From Somniosus microcephalus (Eukaryota), in the NCBI GenBank assembly GCA_052327205.1, contig CM126226.1, forward strand, positions 11,594,001-11,658,000: a stretch of 64,000 bases of DNA, in the 5' to 3' direction. The notes under the pieces are model-generated. The model was given only the letters and a program-made list of their open reading frames with translations, was not told where the DNA came from and did not search any database. Shown here one piece after another: positions 13,166 through 24,969 of the stretch (positions within the stretch are counted from its first letter, which is position 1; each line of letters starts with the position of its first letter). Position numbers and translations under genes: made by a program.

Positions 13166-14689
13166 CATTTGAGTGCTAAGTTTGATATTGTTTAAAAATA
13201 ACAGTTTTTAAAAGATTTTGTTGAGGATTTTCAAAAGGTTGCTCCATAATCATGGTATAGGGAATTTTTAAAAACCCAACTTTTCATTACCCACTTTTGA
13301 AGCACACTTTTGGACCTGCAGTGCATGTATTCTGTTGGTCTTTGTTTTCCATAATGATGACAGTGGCGGTGACATTTCCTCTTCTGGCCTTTCCCTTACT
13401 GCTAAAGCACACAAGATGTTTGAATTCTTGTTGAGCTTGTCGCTTTTGCTTCCTCCCCCAGCTGACAAGTCAGTTACAATAATACAGTTACACATTTGAT
13501 GCAAAGATAAAATATTAATCTTGTAGAGTTGAAAATGTCAAAGCTGTAATCTATACTATATAGTAATCTACACTATTTAATCCGAATCATTGTACGTGAA
13601 CTGAGGAATGTTGCAAAGCCTGAATGTTTAGAGAAGAGGACTTCCTTTTTAACAACAGTTTGACAATGACTGGGCATACAGTGGTAGAGAAAGGCTCTGA
13701 GGTTTCAGCCTTTCTTTAAACTTACCAGCGACTCTAGAAAAAGCATTATATTTTGAGAATAATGACAGCTGACATGTTAGAGTTTGTTGTTCTGATCCAA
13801 CTAATGTTTTGGACAGTGTTTCCTGACTCCTTCAGTAAAACGGTCTCTGGTATTTGAGTCTTTCATGCAGCCTGTTCAGATGCTGCTTCAGTAATTTATG
13901 TGACCATTTTCCAATTCGCAAATATCTAAAAGCAGCATACAGCTTGGATGATAATGGGATTGCTGCCATTTGTAATTGCAGACTCTTGTCATTTCAGTCA
14001 AGCAATGGGTGCTATGTTTGATCAGTTTTTGGAACTACCTTTAAGGCTGATAAAGGGGTGATGGTGATCTTCTGTGGTTTTACCTTTTTCAACTGTGGAC
14101 ATTTATTTACTGTTCTCCATTTTTACATGCAAATCTTATGCTAAATTGCACGGGACGACTGGTGACACTTGTGTGATCTGGGGATCAGGCATTTTTTAAA
14201 TATCTTCACACCTGTCATTTAAAAAAAAAAAAAACTTTCAAAAATTATTTTAAAGGTTTGCAGGATAAATAGAATGTGTCATGGACAACAACTGAGCTGT
14301 GACAAATACCTCCATTGATGAGCTACTCACCTGTGGAAATGTATCTTGCTGGCAACCATGACCGTATCTTTCTTTCTTGTGGTTTGGCTGAGTAGATTGC
14401 ATTAGAGGGTTTTAGTAAATCCTGAATGCAAAGTGGCTGTTGAATGAAAAACCAAAACCTCACACATGCTATGAAAACCATTAACAATGAAAAGCAGGAG
14501 ATTCGGTTTTTAGTAGAATCATTTATATTAACCAGTGGGGGGGCGGGGTGGCGGGATCTTTGTATCTTCCTGGGGGGCGCTGTCAATTTTAAGTAATTGT
14601 TTTTAGGCCCTCTTCCCAACTCGGAAGGAAGCATTTTCACCACTGACATTTTTGAAGCTGTTGTTTCATTTAGAACATAGGCTGCAGCT

Positions 14690-15300
14690 CCCCTGGTTGC
14701 TAAGTTGGTATAAAACAATGTAACTGAGCCATGCAAACCAGACGGTCCCATGATTTATTCCAGACATACATTGAATTTGCTGAACCCAGCCAGGATGCAG
14801 GGGTGGAGGAGTGCTGCAATTGTGCTTGGTGTCCCTGGGTGAGTGAGGGGCACAAAATGGGCAGGGTTCCCACTCTTTTAAACAAAACCAGAGAATGCTG
14901 GAAACACCCAGCTAGTCAGGCAGCATCCACAGAGAGAGCAGACAAGCTAACATTTCAGCGGTGGTCACTTCATCACAATACTGACTTTAAGGATCCACAC
15001 CTGGAGCGTTAACTTGTCTGTTCTCTCCACGGATGTTGCCTGACGTGTTGAGCATTTCCACCATTTTCTGTTTTTGCTACAGATTTCCAGCAACTGCTGC
15101 ATCTTGCTTTTCGAGTTCCCACTCCTGATCGTTACCCTGGCTGGAAAGTGGACACGTGTAGATATCTGGTGAGAATAGCTGTTCTAGAATGGGAAAGTCT
15201 GCCCACGCTCACTGTGTAGGCTCGCGCATGAATGGCTACTTGGGCAAGGCACAGCAGTGGATTCCTATGCTAGCAGGAGTCGGGCAAGGAGAAGGGAAAA
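14690..15300 (+). mobile_element. tRNA-SINE family B copy interrupted by a fold-back element
   Basis: actgagccatgcaaaccagacggtccca head, and cactgtgtaggctcgcgcatgaatggctacttggg shared with 58322-58725. Confidence 0.65.
14876..15114. mobile_element. Penelope-type fold-back element with 10-bp target-site duplication
   Basis: Imperfect inverted arms (aatgctggaaacac...gacaagctaac / gttaacttgtc...gcatttccaccattttctg); direct repeat gttcccactc at 14866-14875 and 15115-15124. Confidence 0.7.
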
Positions 15301-15445
15301 AAATGCAATTGAAATGAATTTGATGGTAATGGAGCACCTGTACATGCATACCACTAAAATATGGCTCATTCCTGATTGAGTTCTGTGATGTGATCTGCTT
15401 AAATTTGGTCCTGGCTTCCTGTCTCTCATATTTTATATTATCAAT

Positions 15446-15850
15446 GGGGTACGGTAGTGTAGTTGTTCGGTTACTGCACTCGTAATCCAGAGAATGAGTT
15501 TAAATCCCACCTGAATTTGAATTCAGTTTATAATTTTTTTTTAAAGAAATAATAAAAAGCTGGTATCAGTAAAAGTGACCATGAATTTGTTGGATTGTTG
15601 TAAATACCCAACTGTTTAACGAATCCTTTAGGGAAGGAAACTTGCCGTCCTTACCCAGTCTGGCCTATATGTGACTCCAGTTGCACACCAATGTGATTGA
15701 CTCTTAACTACCCTTTGAAGTGGCCACTCAGCTGTATCAAACTGTTAGCAGCAGTTCAAAAAGAAGACCCACCACCTTCTCAGCACAACTAGAGATGGGC
15801 AATAAACCATGGCCTTGCCAGCGATGCCCACATTCCTGACGATTCAAAAA
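15446..15850 (+). mobile_element. tRNA-derived SINE (family A)
   Basis: Collinear similarity to 1115-1548, including the tail gatgggcaataaaccatggccttgccagcgatgcccacattcc. Confidence 0.8.
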
Positions 15851-16147
15851 TATTCCCTATGGTGAAGTGCTTAAATCCTGTTGATATATTTTTTCAAGTT
15901 TTATTTTGCGGGCGACTTATTTAAATTGCACCTTCAAATGCTGATCCAGTGTGGTACTGATGTTCATCGGGCTCAAATTGTCCTCCCCTCCTGTATTCAA
16001 GATGTGCAGTAGCAAGTGGCCCAAAAAGGGAAAAGGAAGCATTGACTTAAATTTTCAGCAACTCTGAAGGTCCAAGTGTCTAACCCTCTCCTCATGGCAG
16101 CAGTTTGTACTAATTTGACTACACAACATTTTTTTTTTGTCCTTTAG

Positions 16148-16168
16148 ACTTTCAGACCTTCACAGCAG
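16148..16168 (+). CDS. Candidate additional EIF4G3 microexon TFRPSQQ (21 nt, phase 0-0)
   Basis: TACTAAT at 16108-16114, poly-T tract, cctttag acceptor, ACT TTC AGA CCT TCA CAG CAG, donor CAG|gttaga. In frame and shares TTCAGACCT with the GGFRPIQ microexon. No expression evidence. Confidence 0.45.
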
Positions 16169-16909
16169 GTTAGATCAATACACAAGACGTGGGCTATTTC
16201 TGTGATATGTGTTTACAGTATTAGACAGTTGCACTTTAGACATTTCAGCCTGGGAACCACGCCGTGCAATATCGTAGAAGCTCTTCATGAGTTTGTATCA
16301 AATTCTTTTGTCCACTATTTTAACAAGTGTTAACTAAACTGTTTAATTCCTCCTTTAACGTACAGGGGAATTTCATATGTTCACGTTAAACATTCATAGG
16401 ATAGCAATGACCAGCATAATACTGGGATATTATTTCTTAGCCATTCCTTCACACAAATATTCATTGTGTTTATACAATCAGTTATAGACTACCCGCAAAG
16501 TGGGGGAGGGGTAGAGAAGTTTCTCCATTCTAATGGATGGAATCTCGTACTGGGAAGTTCAAGATACCACTTTTATCTAATGACTGAGGATGAATCCCAT
16601 GACTGCTGTTGTTGAGTTATGATGTCGTCCCCACGTGTTGGGTGAGTGGTGTCCTGTGATCCTCCTTCCAGGTTAAGTTTCAGATGTTAATGTTTTCATA
16701 GTACTGGTTCTGTAGCTACCCTAGTGTACTGACATTTTTCAACAGGTACATTCGGTTTTCAAAAATTGTCTAAGCCCAAAAGCTGATCCACAGGAACATA
16801 ATAGCCACACATAGCACAGAACAGTTGAAAAATATATGGAAGGTCAGTATTGCCTTTTTCAAACGGAATGTTGCCTAAAGAATAGTTACGCATGCTTATC
16901 ATTATATTG

Positions 16910-17228
16910 TGATGTGGAGATGCCAGTGTTGGACTGGGGTGGACAAATGTGAGAAGTCACACAACACCAGGTTATAGTCCAACAGCTTTATTTGAAATCA
17001 CAAGCTTTCAGAGTGCTGCTCCTTCGTCAGGTGAAGTGGAGAGATGCATATGGCACAGCATATGTAGTCAGAGAACACTGCCATCTGGCAGTATTCTCTG
17101 ACTATATGTGCTGTGCCTATATGCATCTCTTCACTTCACCTGATGAAGGAGCAGCGCTCCGAAAGCTTGTGATTTCAAATAAAGCTGTTGGACTATAACC
17201 TGGTGTTGTGTGACTTCTCGCATTTGTC
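16910..17228. mobile_element. Penelope-type fold-back (about 143-bp arms, 2-nt loop) with target-site duplication
   Basis: Arms 16942-17083 and 17086-17228 are near-perfect reverse complements; direct repeat attatattg at 16901-16909 and 17229-17237. Confidence 0.85.
17136..17172 (+). ncRNA. Minimal hammerhead-ribozyme motif (Penelope-associated type)
   Basis: TCAC-CTGATGA-A-GGAGC-AGC-GCTCC-GAAA-GCTT-GTGA: conserved CUGAUGA and GAAA cores, 5-bp stem II, stem I UCAC/GUGA and palindromic AAGCUU in place of stem III. A mismatched mirror copy lies on the - strand at 16998-17034. Confidence 0.65.
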
Positions 17229-17560
17229 ATTATATTGATTTGTTTTGAGTATCACTTCAATTTAAGAAAACAACTTTTTTGGCAAGCATAATGATTACTT
17301 TAAAAATATAATCTTTGTGTATATTTTTTTATTTATCATGTATGATAAATAAATATCCCTTGCAGCTGCCTATCCAGTCTGGGTGCCTGTCAGAATGATC
17401 TAAACTAGTGCCACGCGGTTGAGGTATTGTAGATTGAGTTCACGTCACCCCGAGACACAGTAATGACGAGATTACCATTTCTCTCTCTTTCTACAGACCC
17501 TTTTTAATATCTGTAATTCTCACCCATCTTTTTATGCAGGTTTTTCCTGCCCTTCTGTTT

Positions 17561-17805
17561 ATAGAATCATAGAATGGTTACAGCACAGGAGGAGGCCATT
17601 CAGCTCATCGAGCCCGTGCCGACCTTCTGCAAGAGCACTTCAGCTAGTCCCACTCTCCTACCCTTTCCCCGTAGCCCTGCAAATTTTTTCCTTCAGGTAC
17701 TTATCCAATTCCCTTTTGAAAGCCACGATTGAATCTGCCTCCACCACCCTCTCAGGCAGTGCACTCCAGATCCTAAACTGAGTAAAAAAGTTTCCCCTCA
17801 TGTCG
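17561..17805 (-). mobile_element. CR1-type LINE 3' end
   Basis: atagaatcatagaatggttacagcacaggaggaggccattc, nearly the same as the end of the CR1 at 54135. Confidence 0.85.
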
Positions 17806-20800
17806 TGTTGTATTTGTCATACATGAGCTGTGCCTACAAGTAGCTGGAATATAAGTTCCTACTTCGTAAAAAGCATGAGAGTGATTTTACTTTTAATGCA
17901 AAATGATGCACCCCCACTTTCTTGAACTTTTTTCCCCTGCTAGGGCCAGTAAAGCTCCCTCCTTCCCTTGTGTAGTAATCTGTTTCCCAGACCAGCAACT
18001 AAGATTTTGTTTTCAACACCAACTTTTCCAGTGTTGTGCTTTTTTTGCCCCCTTCTATCGAGTGGGGGTGGGAGGTACTTAGCCATTCAGGCCCTCCTTG
18101 AGATGGTAGGATTTGAATTGGAAACACAAACTCCAGGCACAAACCGACTGCCTGCAACTCGGTAGCGCTGCAACAATGTGCTGCTCTGTCCATTCCATGT
18201 TTCTTCAAGGCAATAGATTACATCGTTAAGTGAAACCTGTTGTCATGTCACACTAATTCGTACTTGAGCAATTCGCTGTATAGTCCAAATCCTACTACAG
18301 TATATTGATGGACACCTGAAAGGTGCACTGCATCATGCAAACTATTTTTTAAAATATCTGAAACTTCATGAAGCGATCTGAAAATTACAGGTTACCACTA
18401 ACACCCTCTGCTCTGCCCCACCCCGGGCAAAAGAGAGGCTGCTTGCTGAGCCTTCCCCACTTGTGAAGGTAGGACGATGTGGATCACTGCCAAGTGCTGC
18501 TTTTATATTGTTGCTGTTCTCATTTGGATTCTAGGCAGATGGCTTCTGAGCTGGCTCCAATGCTTCCGCTGCTAAATTGGACTCCCCTAACCCAATGCTG
18601 ACTTGTAAACCTAGTTTGGTGTGGGGTTTATGAGTCTGCTGTTGGGACAAGGGAGCCACATTCACTCACACAAACCATGGGGGCCAGCTCATTGTCTCCA
18701 TTGTCTGGAAATCCGAATGAGAACATTGCCAGCATAGCTGCAGCTACGTGTGTCTGTTGTTAAGGAGGGGAATTCAAACGGAGTTGAGTTACCCTGCCTT
18801 CCCCAAAATATCCTTCTGCTATAGTGAGGCATTTCTTACTTTCTTAGCAATTTACTTTAGTAACTGACTCAACTCGCTGATGGGCAGTCATTATCACCCA
18901 ATTCACAACCATTGGGTGAATTTCGATGCAGTGTCCATACAGGACATTGCAGGTTGGAATAACTTAAATAATAAATGAGATTTGTCCTGTACTGCATCTG
19001 TGTAACCAGGAAAAAGCGAGCTGTCCCATCATGATCTGTTTATCATTGTCAGGGTGCAGTATGTGTTAAGTCTCCAGATATGACGCATGTTCAAATTTGG
19101 CACTTACACTGGAGTATATAATCACTTGTGATGTGCAGCAATGTAAAAATGTTGGCATCCTGCCTCCATGTTTCTCTTCAATATTAAACAAGTACAGATG
19201 TGCTGACATCAAGTTGCAGCTTAGCCCAAAGCTGAATCTGCAGTGGTCAATGGACTTGTGCATCATAATATACCCTGTTACCCTACCAGTCTGCAGTTAT
19301 TAAATGGATCTGTTTTAAGTGCATGGTCATTGTTCCCGTAAACCTTTTTTCTACAGTGACAATGATCACTGGCTTTCCTGGCTGTACTTGGGACAGCTCG
19401 TTTCCTTGTATATAGAGGAAGACTGAGCCTCTCTTCTCAGACAATACATAATATTTAAATTAGTTGACTTCACTTTACATTTGTCTGAAAGTCATGGCAA
19501 CACATTATCTGAAACTTAATCAGTCTGTGAGCTTTATCTTCCCAGTAAATTTGCCAGTCTTGCTTTACTCTGACACCAAGTTGCAACCAAGCCCAAAGCT
19601 GAACCTGCAGTGGTTAGTGGATTTATTGCAGCATAATAATATACCCTGTTACCCTACCAGTATACAGTTATTAAAAAAATCTGTTCTAAGTGCATGTTCA
19701 TTGTTCCTGTAACCCTGTTTCCTGACCAATTTGATGAAACTTGTGATGATAAAAGAACAAAGAATACAGGAGTGAATATCTCCTCATTGCTCTCAAAAGC
19801 AAAGCACTGCCCTGGCCTATTTAGGTTTATAGGAACGTGGAAAAAAAGTTATCTCCTTTAAGGAGGTTCTTTTGTTTCAACCAGGGATATCAAATTTAGG
19901 ATACTAGATCTCCATTCTAATAATGAAACTGGATGTGTTATAAAACCATCATAAGATTATCACTTTGGTTCTGCAATGTACTTTAGTTCCAAAACTGTTC
20001 ATAAGTTCTGGATTGGTCCAAAATTAACAATTTGTCATGAATTATTTTTGCTCCCATCCTCGCACATCGTTAAGACTTTAACCTGTCTCTCTCGCCTCTT
20101 ACCCCTTTGCTACACCCCAATCCCTAGTGAAGGAGGCAAACGAGTGACCTGCACCCAGACCTCTGTCGATGTCCCTCTGTTGGGAAGTGCATGTGTATCC
20201 CTGGGTGATTTGCCCTTTGGTTATTTCTCTGGTTGAATCCTCTGTCTCCTCGTTAGTCTAGCTGAGATGATGAACTTCTTGCATACAGAATTGTTGGGCA
20301 TGAATTTAGTGCTGCCACTCCACAATTCAGGATGTTGCCAACTGATAACATTTCTTAACCATTTAGATTGGGTTCATCTTTCTGCTGTTGGTCCAAACCC
20401 TTAATTTGACACTACTACTTGTCTCTAACACATGCTGTTAATTAGTTGCTCATGATCCCTGTGGTAGATAAGCCGCTATTACTAATCAGAACTACAAAGT
20501 AAAGACTGTAAAGTAATCAAGAGTTGGAATGTTATGTTTAAACCCACAACAAAAAGCAAATAATTTTGCAGTTGAATCCAAGTTTAATCTTTTGAGAATG
20601 GGCTTCAAGAAGTTTCATGTTTCCAACGTTGCCTGACTAATTGTGACCTGTTGCCTTGAAGTCCAGCCACTGATGTGATGCCACTGTTGTCACTAGGCTT
20701 ACTTTGCACATTGGTACCAGTACACGGTAACAAGTATTACACTTCAGCCACTCTGCTTCAATGCTGTGCAAATATGCTTTTTGTGTGCCGGCATTAACTT

Positions 20801-22583
20801 CTCAAAATGCTCTCGCCAGCAGTGACAGCTGAAACCATGAGCACTTCACCACCCTAGTGTTTTAGAACTCAGCATGCTCTCTTCAGACACTACTCATATT
20901 TGAGCGGAGGACATAATCTATAATTTAATTGCCAGGTGTTGAAACACCCACAGTGCAGCAGCGTGAAATCTTCACAAGTCTGCCATTTTATGATTTACTG
21001 AAATCCCAGACAAAACTATTTTCTTTATACAAGCAACTTACTATACATAATAATACAAATGCATTTGAAGAATTTTTTTTAAAAAGAAAAGCTTTATTAT
21101 AAATAAATTTGTCATTTTTATTCCTGACATTTTCGGTCTCACCAGTGTCGCACCCCAACCTACTTAAACTTTGGATTTACTGAAGGCCAATTCAAATACC
21201 TGACTGAACATTTGAGTACAGTGCTCCTGAAAGTGTGTGCGCCCTCTCCAAGTCTCTCCACCCAGTAGCACATTTTTTCTGTGAATTTCCACTGATCTGC
21301 TTCTGTCCACTTATGCTGACCATGGAGGAAATTACCAGCTGCTGGTGTAATCAACTTATCGTGGAGTGAAGAGACAAGCTCTGCTCACCAGCAGCATTTA
21401 AAATCGAAGTGCCAGTGAGTGGAGTGGAACGCATCTCGACTACAAGACCAGCTGGTTGCTGTACTAGGTGGCAATTTCCTCCACGGGCAGGCAGGTGGAG
21501 CGAGACAGAACACCACCACTTCATACGCTCCCAATTAAAGTTCAAGTGCTGGTCAATCGAGAAACCTACGAGGGAATCCTTTGAGAGCACTGAGACTCAG
21601 ACAAGAAGGCAATCAGCTCATCTAATTGCTATAATTTCAGTGCACTCAGTTTACTGAATTGGGTCCCAGTCTGGACTTCAGCAATAGAGCTGGGTCCTAC
21701 AGTATTTCTTTCACAAGAAAGAGCCAGCTCCAAGCTGAGATTTGAAGTTAAAATCCTTCAGGAACTGACAATAGTTCTTTCTTGTTGGATAGGGAAGAAG
21801 AAATAATGAGTGAAATAGGAAACCGTATCGAATACAAAACAGCCCCACCTCTTTTCAATAGAAAATCTTACCCTACATCAGTTGGAACGTACTATCCTCC
21901 AAAGAGCTAGTTTGTCTGAACTAATAGTAATCTGTTGTCAAACCATGCCACAGTGAATGTCTTGATCTATGATTAAATATTTGTCTTGCCTAAAGGCACG
22001 CTCCTTGTGATCATTTGTTCCAGTCAAACAGTGATATTGTTGTTCACCTTCATGTTCTGATACGTTACTGGGCATAGATCTTGTTCATTTAAGCTGCTGG
22101 TTAGTAGGAAAAACTAAAAATGCCTTCTCCAGTATAATGAAGCTATATTTGGAGCCAATGATTTTCCACCGTATTGTGGGAAATCAATGTAAATCATAGA
22201 ATAACATTTTTAAAAGGAAGTGCAGTATTATTTCACGATTACTATTGGAAATACTCTTGGTCGTTCCATAGCCACCTACCACAATGTGCAGACAAGTGGG
22301 ATTGGTTCCTCTCACTGCTGCTGAATGGTGGTTCTATGCCTTTCTACGTACAGTATACTGTAAATTGTATACTGCATGGCTAAAAATGTAAAATGCATCA
22401 GTCTGGGTCATTTAGGTTTGTCTTGTACTGGAGGGGGAGAGAAACTTTAACAGGTCTCTTAGATGTGGAAAATCATTGGCTGTTACACTGAATGCATGTA
22501 CAGCATGATCCTTCCTACTGATCTATAAGGTGTTCCATTGGCTTTCTCTCTTTTCTGCCACTTTGATCGCTTCATTGTTGAAG

Positions 22584-22604
22584 GGAGGATTCAGACCTAT
22601 CCAG
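22584..22604 (+). CDS. EIF4G3: EIF4G3 neural microexon GGFRPIQ (21 nt)
   Basis: gaag|GGA GGA TTC AGA CCT ATC CAG|gtaata; peptide identical to the recalled mammalian eIF4G3 microexon. The upstream tract has tctctc and tgc motifs typical of SRSF11/SRRM4-dependent microexons. Confidence 0.92.
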
Positions 22605-22962
22605 GTAATATCAACTGATAAGTAACTTTGCTAAATACTGAAAATAGGTCAGAGGGTCATATGGCAGCATTAATAGAATTATTGTTTTCACGCTTTGGAG
22701 GCATATTTCAGCCATCCAATTTGTGCATAGATCTTTGCAGATCAGTTATATTACAAGTTATCTTTAGAAATGTTTAAAATTGAAGTCTTTGACTTCACAG
22801 ATCTACAAGCTGTTAATTGCTTTTGAAGAATGAAAGAATATTGCCCTTTACAGACCCATTGTTATGATGTTCATTGGAAATTCATCAAAATAAACATGAA
22901 AAGTCAAGTGCCAACCTGTTTGGAATTAATCGTAAACTTGTTTTGCCATTAATGTGACTTTT

Positions 22963-23000
22963 TGAATGAATGGATGGATGGATGGATGAATGAATGGATG
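22963..23000. repeat. Compound (TGAA/TGGA)n microsatellite
   Basis: tgaatgaatggatggatggatggatgaatgaatggatg read directly. Confidence 0.85.
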
Positions 23001-23469
23001 TAGATGTGCCCTGGTTTGTCTTGCGAGAGCAGCAGGTGGTGCAGACTTGTGATACTGCTCCTCTGACTAGCTGAGGGGATCTGTGCTTCTGCAGGGCAAG
23101 GCACTGAGAATGGCAGAGTTTGCCAGTGGTGAGCATTTTGCCACCAAGTGCTGCATAACTCAGTGCAAATGCTGATCCAGGCCTTGGTGTGTCTGCTGTC
23201 CTTGGGGCTGGAACCCCTTCCCACAGCTGGGGGGAAGCGACCAGGCCAAGGGTAGTGTTGCCAGCATATTTCCATGAATTGAGTTTTTTTTTACTTGAGT
23301 GCAGCGCATGAATGGAAATCTTTTTCTCTTTCACTGATGATTTTTTTTTAAAGTTTGATTAGAAAGGTGTGGTGCATGGTATGTAATACACATGGTTACA
23401 TTTTGTGAATGGTTTGCATATACATTGAGGGAGGTTTGTTGACATTTATCATTTTGTCCTTTTCTGCAG

Positions 23470-23655
23470 TTTTTTCAAAGACCACCGATGCAGCCAACTA
23501 GACCTAGCATACCGAATAACAATCCTTCCATGCGCCCAGGAACACAGACTGCAACAGCAGCAGTCTATCCACCCAGCCAAGGGCCCATAATAATGATGAA
23601 CCCACCCGTGCCATACCCCCCAGCCCCTCAGGCTCCGTATTATATCGCTAACCCG
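23470..23655 (+). CDS. EIF4G3: EIF4G3 exon FFQRPPMQPTRPSIPNNNPSMRPGTQTATAAVYPPSQGPIIMMNPPVPYPPAPQAPYYIANP (186 nt)
   Basis: Acceptor tttttctgcag, donor CCG|gtaaga; homologous to human FFQRPQIQPPRATIPNSSPSIRPGAQTPTAVY. Confidence 0.95.
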
Positions 23656-24207
23656 GTAAGAGTGGTTGCTGTTCATAGTCTGAACCAGAAGTAATGGTAG
23701 TCTTTACAGCTAGCCCCACCTCAGTTTGCAGAGTGGGGTGCCAGTACTTTTTAGTCAAACGTGTCCCTTTCTCCGCTGCACAGCTGGGGTGTTGCACTTT
23801 ACAGTCTGTTCCTGCTAATTCAGTCATATTTTGCGCTTAAAAAATGAATTCTCCAAAATTTTGAACTGAGCGACTTTGAATTAAGAATGGGCTTTATTTT
23901 CATAAGTGCACAAGTGATGTACTCATTTTGTTTTTGAAATATATATATATATGTAGATTATTGTACTACTTGTATCGAGCAAAACGATATTGAACCTGTT
24001 CAAAGGGTGCAGACGATGTATCTGAGAATATCTGAAGGTATTCAATGAAGGGGTTTTTTTACGTTGCAGTTTCTTCAAAATTATTGCTTTGTGTGAGTAA
24101 CCGTACCGCATTCTTAAAATATTTTTTCTCTAGTGATTATTTCTCTCCGCCCCCCCCCCCCCCCCCCCGCATAGAATTCTTACACATTTATGATGCACTT
24201 CATAATA

Positions 24208-24969
24208 CAGGAAACTCTTTGGTATCCGGCACCTGCAGGACCGGGATGGTGCCGGTTGATTAAAAATTCCAGATAACGGAGCTGTATACCTACCAAGGTA
24301 GGAGAGCCCCGTTACACAGCCACAGGTGCAGGAGCCCCGGTTACACGGCACTTGTGCAGGAGTCCCTGTTACACGGCCACAGGTGCAGGAACCCCGGTTA
24401 CACGGCCACAGGTGCAGGAACCCCGGTTACACGGCCACAGGTGCAGGAACTCCGGTTACACGGCCACAGGTGCAGGAACCCTGGTTACACGGCCACAGGT
24501 GCAGGAACCCCGGTTACACGGCCACAGGTGCGGGAACCCCGGTTACACGGCCACAGGTGCGGGAACCCCGGTTACACGGCCACAGGTGCGGGAACCCCGG
24601 TTACACGGCCACAGGTGCGGGAACCCCGGTTACACGGCCACAGGTGCGGGAACCCCGGTTACACGGCCACAGGTGCGGGAACCCCGGTTACACGGCCACA
24701 GGTGCGGGAACCCCGGTTACACGGCCACAGGTGCGGGAACCCCGGTTACACGGCCACAGGTGCGGGAACCCCGGTTACACGGCCACAGGTGCGGGAACCC
24801 CGGTTACACGGCCACAGGTGCGGGAACCCCGGTTACACGGCCACAGGTGCGGGAACCCCGGTTACACGGCCACTAATATACAGTAAAACTTACCTGAACC
24901 TACTCCTGAATTTTGCCAGATAATAGAGAATTCCGGATATTTAGGTGCCATTTAAACGAGAGTTTCCTG
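24208..24969. mobile_element. Tc1/mariner-pogo-type MITE carrying a minisatellite
   Basis: TA|caggaaactct ... agagtttcctg|TA terminal inverted repeats; related element at 60961-61295. Confidence 0.8.
24309..24873. repeat. 29-bp minisatellite GGTTACACGGCCACAGGTGCRGGAACCCC, about 19 copies
   Basis: Head-to-tail units with no spacers; the 29-aa periodicity in all three + ORFs reflects the 29-bp unit. Confidence 0.97.

Noticed and set aside
24309-24873. CRISPR array, or 174-189 aa repeat proteins in three frames
   Set aside because: Units are head-to-tail with no unique spacers, in a vertebrate intron; the ORFs result from a stop-free 29-bp unit.
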